DNA of 64,000 nt, taken from NCBI GenBank assembly GCA_013265495.1, contig MU058017.1, positions 505,919-569,918 of the forward strand, read 5' to 3'. Origin of the DNA: Vicugna vicugna (Eukaryota). A model generated the notes under the pieces. That model ran no database searches, was not told the origin of the DNA, and saw only the letters and a list, made by a program, of their open reading frames with translations. Both the position numbers and the translations under genes were made by a program. The number at the start of each line of letters is the position of its first letter. Within the stretch, counting starts at the first letter, position 1. Shown here one piece after another: positions 48,342-59,475 of this stretch.

Positions 48342-51300
48342 TAAAGTAGTTCCTTTCCTGTAGAGGATAGTCTGCGAATGATAGTTACCATGTTGAGCAG
48401 TTATTATATTCATGAACCATATTAGTCCTGGAAACAGTCATAAGAGGCAAGTATTATTGTTCTCATTTTACAAAAAGCAGCTGAGGCCCAGAAAAGTTAA
48501 ATAATTTGCCAATGGTCCTGCTAATAATTGGCAAAATCAGAATGCCAAGTAGTTTTTACTCCAAATCCTGTTTCTCAGCACCATGACATATATCCACACC
48601 TCCTATCTCATATATCTCATGTACCATCCTCTCCAGTGAATTTGTGAGTTGTAAAATTCTGTCTGTCAAGGGCACAGAAAATCACCACCACTTGCATTCC
48701 ACTGTTCTGTCATAGTATTTTCTGTAGGTTCATGGCTACTTTGAGCCTTGATCATGAGACATTAGCAAATATTCTCTTAATCATTGTAATAATAAAGCAA
48801 GTTTAGTCATTTGGCATAAATTCATGATTATTTTTGGATGGTTTAAAAAATTGCGACTTTGCCAGTAATAACATCTCATGTTCCCTAGAGGAGGTGGGTT
48901 TGTCATAAATACCATTTCATAGAACATTTCAAGGAACTTAAAGTTCTCGGAAAATATTTTTAACAGGCAGCCTTTTCTCAAACAGACTTCAAGGGCATAA
49001 TACTGTATACCCTTAAAAGTGTGTGTAGTTTGTGTTTTATCTTATTAAGAATATTTCTATGTATTTCTCTTATGGCAAAACCCATTTATATTTAGCTATC
49101 CCTTTTGTGTCTTAGTGGAAAACAGAAATAGATTCTTTAGAAAAACACTCTGATGTAGCTGCAGAATTTTGTTCTTAATATCCTTTGTCCCTTTTTTCTC
49201 TACCCAGATCACAGGTTATTTTCATTCAGATATTGCAAATCGGTATTCTGGAGGATTAGTATAATTCCTTTCTCTTAACACTTATTCTTTGGTAGATTGC
49301 TTTTCTTTCTTTTATTCTCTGCCTCTTAAAAAGTTATGAAGAGTATATCCTTTTCCAAATCTTACTATGAGCCAAAAAAAAAAAAAAGTTTTTAAGCCCC
49401 TAGTTCCTGTAAGTTCCTTTTTTTTTCAAAAAAGGCTTTCCTCTTTTATTTGGCTTTCATACATTAATTCACTGGTGTTCAGTTTGTCGATTTAACATAA
49501 AAGGCCAAAGCAGGGAGCAGTCATGTGCCAGAGTGGATCATTTCACTGGTTTTCACCTCCCTGTATGTAGTCTGGCTGCCTGCACAGAGGCAGCGGCTAA
49601 CATGGTATGCTTGGGAAACCAAACGTTTCCTAACTTATTAGTGGGAAATTCAAACTTCAGAAATTCAGAAACCACAACAACAGAGACTTATGTTTTATTG
49701 TGACTACTGAAGTCACACAGTTTGCCTTGAGAAACAGGCTAGGCTAGACAGGGGCCCAAAGAGTATAAAATGTGAAACATTTTGATCCCTAGAGAATTCC
49801 TCAACCTCCCCCCACCCCCGCCCTTCTATTTTAGCTATAGTAAATCAGTAAATAAAGGGGAAATGGGAGGGAACTAGGAACATTTAATACCATTAAATAG
49901 TACTTGAGGTCAGGGCCATTGGAGGATGAAGGTTGATGCTTGCCCTGGCTGCCTGCTGAGCAAACAATTAGATCATGAACAACAGCGAACATCCTCTGTC
50001 TACCCTTACTCACTTTTCCTAGTTCCTGAGGGTGTTTGGTTTCTATCACCTCCATGACATTTTGGAGAACTAGAGTTTGGGCCATAATTTATTTACAGAA
50101 GGTGGGAGAGTTTTATTCTTGAATCTGTGGAATGTAAGTGACCATTTTTCTTGTGATCTGTGTTTTGCATGTCCCTTTGTATGCATTGTAAAAATTAAAA
50201 TTATTTTGGTCATATAAACCTTGTTTAATCTTCCCTAATAGTTCAGAGCATTTGGGTTACATTTTCCTTTTCTGCCACTTCTGAACATAGAGAAGACAGA
50301 AAGCACGAACACAGAATTTGATCCCATTTTCTCTAAGTTGGGATCTTTTAAGATGAATGTGTTCTAGAGATTTATCTTATGTAGTAAGGGGCAATTCCAT
50401 TAAGATGTTACAGTGGTTTGCGCCAGGCCTGCTAGAGGTACGAGCAGTGACTTGAAACTCAACTTTTCTAGGCCCTGGGTCTGTCCGCAGCTGGTTTTGT
50501 CCCTTTGCAAAGTTTCACCCATTTAGTTGTGTTTATCTCTGTAAGAAATTCTGTTTGTGGCAGAATTAAAGAAAAGGCTATAGTATACCTTTTATATGTG
50601 CTATATAAATACCCATCCATTTTTGGACCATGTTTTGACCTGGCCATATCTTACCTTTGAATTTTATATCATTTTAAAATTTGAATTTTAAGGGAGGGCA
50701 AACTATTTCAGGTTTGCAGTAGTTGAAAAAAGTGTTTTTAAGAAAAACGCACTGACTTTACTATCTCTCATTTTTAAAGTTCATTCATTTACAGATGAAA
50801 ACGAGGAAAAAAAGCATAACCGAACAATTCTCAAACAGAAAAGCCACTTTCAGAGGAGCCACATATCTAATAGACAGGAAATGTTGAAGCAAAATCTGCT
50901 ATTGACTTAACTCTGTGACCTTGCTTCATCTAACTGTTACCTCAGCTGCAACATGGGGCAAGCAATATAATTTTGTCTCTTTTACAAAGCCTGCAATGAT
51001 CCTCAAATCTCAGTTCCAGAGTAAAAACCACCAACAACCTTTCAAGTCCTTTCCTCCCTTCTTTCCTATGCAGCACTGTGTACAAATTCATGTGTCAAAA
51101 ATGTATATTCCAGTCTGTCAGAAGATATTTTATGACTCATCAAGTCTCAATGGTTCATAACTATATGGGAACCTTAATTGGAATTTCATGGGATTCAGAT
51201 TTATTTTTGATTCTTTGTATGTCAAGCATTTGTTGTAGTTCAAGGTCATAAGTGGCTATTAAAGTAAAGAAGTAAATTTTTTAGTGCCTGACACTTAAAA

Positions 51301-54300
51301 TGTTATGCCAAAATGAAAGTACAATTACGCTGAAAAATGAACACCTAGGAAGAAGTATTTAGACTATTAGTTTCTGAAAGGGAATCTTTATTGTCTATGG
51401 CTAGGATCTGATATAAGCTATTTAACCCGTAATAAAAGATTGTCTTATCTATTTGTTTCCTCTGTGTGCCTCTCCAGCATGGTAGGACTGTAAGGGTAAA
51501 ACAGGGAGATTCCAGGCTAGCTTTTAAGCCTATTGCTCTCTTTAGTCCCTTACTTAGTAACTAATGTTTTATTTCAGGTGACTAAGACTTATTTAGGAAA
51601 GCTCATGTGGGTTTCTCATAGGAAGTATTCCCTTCTAGCAGGGAAATAAAGATAAAGGCTAAATTCACTTTCAGAGTAGCTGAGGTTAGACACTAGAGAC
51701 ATGGATTTTCTCCAAGCTAATGCTTTACTTCACTTTTATGGCTGGGTTAAGAGAAAATGAGTTCTTCAGGACTGCATCCTACAAAGCATCTCCTCTGGCC
51801 CTGAGACAACGCTTTGTGCCTCAGCCTGGTGGAACCCTATAGCACCAGATGATGATGGAGCACCATTCTTCTGGGTAAACTGGCATAATATCTAGAAGAG
51901 TAATAGATATGATTTACTGAGTGTCTCCTGTGGGTCTGGCATTGTGCCAGTTAGTTGCTTTATCATCATTTTTAATCTTTACTTTAAGCATTGAAATCAC
52001 TATGGAAATCCAGGTCATTCTAAAGGATTTAAAAATCAAACTTCAGGTGTTCTGATGCCGGGTCAAGTCTTCTTTCTCTTTTAACCTTAGATTCCCTTTT
52101 CACAGTAGACTTCCAAGGAATAAATCTGTTATCCTTTTTTTGGGGAATCTATAGTTACATTTACATTTCAGTTCCCATTTTTCCATGACTGTCCCCTAAC
52201 TTGTTTTACCCTGGCTGTTTCCCCTTTTCTAGATTCCCACAGCTCTTACAGTTTTGTGACATAATACTCTGTATTGTTTTATACCACTTTCTAATTTATG
52301 TTATATTAGTTTTGCTTTTGAACTAACTGTCAGCTCCTTAAAGAATTCAATACCTCTGTATCTTCCACATGGGTTTGAACTCAGTACAGACTTGATGAGC
52401 AAATGATTGAGAGGTGAGAAGAACCATTTCTTAGCAGGGCATAACTATCCCTCTTAGGCTGAATGATGCCTAAAGTTCTCAGAATTTACTCTTATTATTA
52501 GAGCAGAAGAAGGAGAAGTAGAGTTTTGTTCCTCTTGTTCATGTCATTTTGGAGGAGGGAAAACCATTCATTGAATGAATGGCCTGTGATTCTTTCCATC
52601 TTTGTTCAGCCCAATGAATTTTATGAGACTGTAAGAAGATTCTTATGAGGTATAATTTTAGGGGAGATGAGTAGAACCCACCTTTCTTAAAGTTGTTATC
52701 GGTATCTGAAAGATCTCTGTGTGCCCCATATTAGTAGGTTGTATGAAAGTCTGAAGGATAATATGGAACCTCAAACATAATGTATTTCTTTTAATAAAAT
52801 GAGTGTTTAATTATCTTGATAACAAATGAATTTATTTTAAAGAACAGATAATCTTGTCTTTAGCAGCACATGACTACTTTCCACAGAACTCCACAGAGTG
52901 ATTCACCTCCTCTGGCATTCCCAATTAACTAATGAGCCAAGGCTAAGGGACTTGCACAGCATCTCACTGCAGGCAGGCCCTTTGTCTTCAGCAAGAAGGA
53001 ACTTTCTCAGGCTCTCCTCAAATTCTTAGGCCAAACAGCTCCTTCCTTTTCTTTAAATGTGACAGCAGCAGTCACTTAAGTTTTGTTAGCCCAAATATGA
53101 TAAATGTTTTACATTTCTCTTACGATTTCTGCTCAGAGTTGGTTTTGTTTTGATCCACTTAAAAAGGAATTTTAAAAAGAGAAAAAAAAACTTCGTTCAC
53201 CTTTAAACTTTTATTCCAAGACTGGTGGGCCATGAAATATGATAAATCTGGCAGGTTTGCTCCTGTCAGAGCTGCCCATCTTGAAGCGCTGACCTCATCT
53301 TTGAGGCTGTTCTCGGTAGGATGATTTGGAGTTCTCACAGGCTCAAGGATAAAGTTATGTTAATTTTGCCTCTGGCTTAAGAGTGGGCTTCTCCCCTCAC
53401 ATTCTTCCATTTTCTTTAGGTGATTTGTCTCTGTAATGACATGATCAGTAGCTTGTATTTTTGTATAGTCTTTGGCTCTACTTGATCAGAGTTCCCTCGG
53501 GGGTTACTGCTCACTATTCTGTCCATACCGAGTATTGAGAGATACTTACGGTGGATGATACTGTTTCCTTTTTTTTAGGTTTATGGAAGCCAAGGCTACA
53601 GGAGTCTTACCCAGTGAATGGAAGGCAGAGCCAAAAAGAGTAGAACTTGATTTATGAATCCTTATTCCTACTCTTAGTCTTACCATTGAGATAACACTAT
53701 TTGTCCATGACAATTTAGTGTCACTAGTAAACAAGCTTGGAAATTGACTACATTCTGTTTTGTATTTTTTTAAAAAACAGTCCCACATTGTTTGTCTTTA
53801 GTTAATTTTTATGTATAGCTGATCTGTCTTATCTACACTGGTTTATCAATTCATTAGAAAAAAGCAGGGACAGGACAGTGATTAAAACCACTGTGTAAGA
53901 GCCGCTGATGAGTTTTGTCCTTGTCATCCACACGATAGGTGTAGCTGGTTAGTGACACAGTGTGGTGTGTGGGGAGCTTATTTGCTGGGCCTGTTGTCCT
54001 CCCTTGTGCTTAGCACAGAGCCCAGTAGACACTCAATACATGTCCAGTGTTGATGAGGAGCTATGAGCCCTAGGCTGACTTCACAGGTTGACACTGGCAA
54101 TCCCTAACTTTGAAACTATAGAAAAATCATTCCTTTTCTGTAAAACCTGGCAGATGGGTTGGACTATCACAGAAACTTTGTAATCAAAATGTATACTGGG
54201 AAAAGGCAATCTGCTGATTTCTAAATTCTGTAGGGACAAACTGGGCCCCATGACAGCAACTTCCAGGCCTTCAGCTGAGGCACAGAGCTTAGGGAAAAAC

Positions 54301-55196
54301 AGAGTAATGCCCTTCATTAAGGACAAAAGCACTACACTCTGCTCTTTCATATTTTGCTTCTCCTGTATTCCATGCCCCTGGGCAGTTCACCTGGTACTCT
54401 TTCACCATCTTTATTCTCATTATTTTGAGGAGGAAGTTAAAGTGAGGTAGGTGGAGATGGGCAAACAGAAGCATCTGACTTGATGTCTGCCTACACATAC
54501 TGTACAGTGAAAGATTTCACTGCCTTGACTTCATGTGAGTGTAATTTGTTTTCTGGTTTTTGTGTTTATAAGTCAATTCTACATGGTTTTTTAAAATAGT
54601 GGTAGAGATTTGTTTTGGTCTCCTAAACAAAATCTTGAAGAGGAGGCCCTTCCTAGGCCACTATTTCTAGAAATACTCTTTTCTTACCAAATAAGTTTCT
54701 AGGTTGTAATTTGTTCATATATTTATCCAACACACTTATTGGCCCAGTGACATACCTACTAACTGAAGCTATGTACTTTTCTAGGTGCTAGGGATAAAGT
54801 TGGTTGCAAAACTGACCCTCAAGGAGTTTATAGTACAGGAGATAGACAATAAACAAATAAGCAGTTAATGTGTGACTTAATGTCATGTAGTAATGTATGG
54901 TGTGAAGGAAAGTAAGGCAAGTAAGTATCACCAGGAGCTCAGAGCCCTCATTAGTGACTTCCTCTGTAGTTCTTGGGAAGGTGTTTTAAAGGCATTGAGT
55001 CACTGAGTTTTGAAAGGGAACTTGCTAGCTGGGGAGGTATAATGCTTATTTGGAAGACACTGAGATCACTTACCAAGTTAGTGGTTTAGACATACATGGT
55101 TTTGACTATAGAGCATATGCTCTTTCCAGGGCACTTCTCAGCTTTTAGGCAGAGAGTGAGCTTTGCCACCCAGAGGACTTTTAAGTACGTTTATTA

Positions 55197-55201
<5 letters not shown>

Positions 55202-55227
<26 letters not shown>
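55202..55227. repeat. Poly-T tract
   Basis: Run of about 26 T. Confidence 0.9.
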
Positions 55228-55228
<1 letters not shown>

Positions 55229-55609
55229 TTGATACAGTCTGGTTGAACTGTATTGATTTACACCTCCCTCCTTTCTCTTTGCCTTCTTACGGCTTATACT
55301 TACTAACAAGAACTTTGTACCTTTCAACTTTCTTTTTTTTAATGGGTTTTACATCCAAATTAACACCTACAGTGCCAAGGTTTCTTTGGAGGCTTCTGTT
55401 CTCATCTCTTCCTACCATAAATTTAAGGAGAAACCAAAGGCTATAGCCCAAGAATGCAGGGGGCCTTGGCTTTGCGCCTAAGTAGCTCTGGGTCTCTGAG
55501 GTAAGTCACACTGTGGACATCAGTTTCTTCTGCAAAATGAGGCATTTGGATCAGATGCCCTCCAAAGCTTCCTCCAGCTCTATAAAGTTCTGTGCACATT
55601 CCCTGCCAG

Positions 55610-55633
55610 GTGTGTGTGTGTGTGTGTGTGTGT
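55610..55633. repeat. (TG)n microsatellite, about 12 units
   Basis: Directly visible dinucleotide run. Confidence 0.9.
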
Positions 55634-58600
55634 TTACACTGTCTGGTGCCTAGTGAGCATCCCACTGTCCATAAAGAACTTATCAAGGCACTTCTCAAAC
55701 TCCCATCTGTGGAACTGAGTGTTTGCTATTCTGACGTAACATACACTGTCTTTTACTCATAATAACTGTCCTTTAGGCTAGAATCAGTAGTAATCATAAA
55801 CAGAAACAAGGTGTTTGCACTCCTATCTGTCCCAATGATAACACTTACTTACCTATTCCTCTGCATACCTCCACACCCCTCCCCCAGCACAAACATATAA
55901 TTTCCCAAGCCAGTCATTAAAAAATAATAATTGTATCTTTAAGAGTTAATCTTATTTTGAAACTAGTAGGGCATAAGGAATGTGAGGATGGTCAGCCTAT
56001 AGGAAGGAAGAACACTGCTAATGTGTTTTTCTCTGTTCTTGGGCTCAGACTTAAAACTGCTGCTGTCCTATGTAATCTACTAAATTAGAATCTCATGGAA
56101 CAAGCATGAAAATGGAATGCTTCTCTTATATCTGAAAAAGAACCAAGGGACTTTCCTTGGAGAGCCTTCCCACTTTTGTTTGCCTAGCTTTCCCAGTCAG
56201 AGGTAATGGTAGCGCAGAAGGCAGCCAGGAAGAGATAATCTCAACTCTGTTTTTAAGAAAAAAGGATGTAGGAGGGCTCACAACAGTGTTGGTGACGATC
56301 TGCTAGGAATTAGTGCACCTAACACTCAATGTAGAAACTCACTGGCCAGAGGAGTTTCTGAAAGTCTTTGCAGCAACACATTAAACATAAGTGATTAGGT
56401 TGGTGGCCCTTAAACACTGACTAGTGATGGCAGAGGCAGCCATAGAAATACTTCTTTGAAAGTTTGTGATCTGGCTGCATATGCAGTGTCTTTTCATCTT
56501 TAAATCCTTATTTAAACATAATTTATAGAAACTAATCAATCAGTTTATATTGAAGCTAAATGCATAGTCAAATAAAAATTAAATTAAAAACTCTAAAAAT
56601 CATTTAAAATTAATGATATGCCCAAGAGGATAAAGTTTGTTAGATTTTTCAAAAATAATGACTGCCTATGTGGACAACAGATTCCATTCCTAAAGTAGGT
56701 TGAGACCAATATTGCTTACACCCCCTGATTATTACTTCATAACATCCAGTCTTTTATAAACAGTTCTCTTCCTGCCCCCTCTTCCTTTTTCCCCTTAATA
56801 GGGGGTTGTATATTTTTTCCTCTGTTCACCTTGTAAAAGCATTTGCTTTGCCCTGAAGCACTAGATATAGACAGAACATGACCTAGGAAGAATTAATGGA
56901 ATTTTATTCTTCCTCTCCCCCATTTTCACTTTTTTACCTCAAAATCCGTTTATTACTAAAGGCACTTTTTTGGAGGGGAAAAGGTAGCAGAGAACCCAAA
57001 AACAAAATTCACAGCCTTTTGAGAAAAGAAATTAAGAGAACTGCAAGTGGACTTGAAAATTAAGCAGCTCAAAGCTTGATTTGTATTTTCATCCTGGCTG
57101 TTACTATAGACTCCATCATAGCATTAGGAAAATATCACAGAAATACCAGTGCTTAGCAGTTAAGGTTAATTGCTATAGAAAGATAAATGAATCTATTAAA
57201 TATAAAACTAATATGTGCCTTATTTGGAGCTGGAAAAATTCACATTCATTCAGTCTAAAACATTTTTTCCATCATATAGATTGTCCCAAAGACTAAGAAA
57301 TGCTCACTCAGAGAGCCCACTGTGAGATAATGTATCCATGATAAATCTTTTTTAACTTTCAATTTTAAAAGGAGTCTTAATGGGTGATTGTTCTTTGAAT
57401 TATGCTTTAAAGTTAGTAAGTGGAAAAAAATGGAATATTGAAGTGTGTCATTTAAACTTTTTTTAAAAAATTGATGCTTGCCCTTTTTAAAAAAAACACA
57501 GACTCTGGGAAACAGCTGTTAGAGCTTTGATAGAGGTTATGATTTTCAACAGTTGAGCTATAGTTTATGGTACAGAAGGTACTTTGGGTATAGCTGAAAC
57601 AATAATTGATGGTTTCTGTTTCCCTCTTCCTCTATTAGATTCAAAAGAGTGGGATACCTTTTTCCCAAGGCAGGAATTTTTCAGTTTCCAATTACAGCCT
57701 CTATCAAATAAACAAGTTTTCTACTGCATACTCTGTACTTCCCCACCATAACCTGGGTGTTTCCCCCTCTCTCTCTTCTCATTATGGTAGGCGTCCCTAG
57801 ATTTGAAATAATAGTTTTGAGGAAATCCTACTTCTCAGTACTAACCTGCAGTTTATAAGGCCTGTCTTTAGGCCAAGTAACATCATATTTCTTTTAGAAC
57901 ACTAAAACCAAAGCTTTGCATTGCTCCAAACAAAATTAGCAAACAAAACAAAATTCCTCTGAAGCAAAAATCAAAGGCACCAATGTTATATACTTCAAAA
58001 TTAAACTCTACCACAGGAATTACTAGAAATATAGATACGTCCTGAATTTTGAGCAGCTAAAAAAGTGTTATGTTTTAAATGATAAGCAAAACATAGAGAC
58101 TATTTAAAAAGGGAAATAATTACTTCACACATTTCTTAAGTTTTGTTTTATAACATATGTTCAGACCAAATAAAGTTTGAATGGTAAATCATTTTTTTAT
58201 CTCCTATTCCAGTGTTTTAAATTTGACATAGCATATTTTATTTTTAATTCCTCTGCTGATTTTTATTCTGAAAAATAAAGTAAAATATGTAAATTTTTCG
58301 GCATCTGCCAATAATCTGTTTAGGGTTTAGGTATAACTCATTTTGGTTCAAAATGCCACTGATGAACAAAAATCTTCTATAGGATTTACCCTTTTAAGTT
58401 AGTATTTCTATGAAATAAACTATTGTTCAACATATTACTTCAGAGAAACTATCTTTATCTTTAATTTTCAGTGCCGTTTGTCATTTATCCATTGACTGGA
58501 GTTGAAGTAAAAAGCTAGAACTCAAAACTGTGATAGTTACTTCCTTATACTAATTGACATTTGCTTTTAAGCTAGAATAACATTTGTAGGATTTTTGTTT

Positions 58601-59119
58601 TGAAGCTTCAGAAGTACTTTACTTTTTAAATTAGATTTATCCTAATTACAAGATGTATTCCTGACAGGGGTTTTCTAATCTTTTATGTGTAATTTACAAA
58701 AGGGGGAGGGCATTGGGTGAGAAACAGATCTACTACCATGTGGCAGTGTTTCATATTCTTCTAAGACTTAAAGGATTTTGAGTCTCAGGAGAAAGAAGAT
58801 AAGGAGATAGAGTTGTTGTATTACAATATTTTCCCCCACCCTTTCCCCAGAAGATTTCTCAATACCGGCAGGATACAATGTGTCGCTTACTTGGAAAGCG
58901 TGGGTAATATATAGTCATCCTTCACCTCTCTACATTTTAAAACTAAATCCCAAATCTGTTTTCTCCCTCGGAGAAAACAAGTTTTGTGTGAGTTGGAAAA
59001 GATTTTGAACCTAGAGTTCATTGGACGCGCTTTTCGAAACCTGTTTGCAGTTCATGATGCTGATAACTTTAAAAGCCACCTACAGACTGCCTGGCTCTCT
59101 GACAGCAATCCCCTTGCTG

Positions 59120-59475
59120 GAGCAGAGCGGCTCTCCCGGGCTTACCTGAGTCGCCTGCGCCGGGGCCGGGCGGGGGCCGCAGTCACGGCGCTGCGAGCGG
59201 GCTGCGCGCGCTCCGGGAGTCGCCCGAACAATGCGAGCGGGGCGCTGAGCGCGCCCGGCCTATGGGCGTTACGTCACTGCGCTGCCTTATAAGGCGCTCC
59301 GCGTGTGCGGCGCGGGCGGCGGGGGCGCGGGTGACAGCCAGGCCCGCAGCGGCGGCGCTGCAGCGCGCCCGGGCTCCGCAGACGCTCGGACCGTGTGAAC
59401 GGGACTGGGGTCCCGGCTCCCCGCGGAGGTGACTGGGCGGCGGGCCGGGAAAGCCAGCGCCCTCCTGCCCGTCTA
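59120..59475 (-). promoter_or_regulatory. FILIP1L: Internal CpG-island promoter of short FILIP1L isoform(s)
   Basis: Isolated CpG island in AT-rich intron. It contains a perfect CArG box CCTTATAAGG (59285-59294), a CRE/ATF site TGACGTAA (minus; 59269-59276) and GC boxes, followed on the minus strand by a strong donor CAG|GTAAGC. Confidence 0.82.
59146..59260 (-). other. FILIP1L: Probable ATG-less first exon of short FILIP1L transcript (5' boundary approximate)
   Basis: The donor CAG|GTAAGC is at 59146/59145 on the minus strand and the exon has no ATG. Splicing to 34567 makes ATG 34452 the first AUG, giving an 893-aa product. An alternative donor CAA|GTAAGC lies at 58891/58890. Confidence 0.68.
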
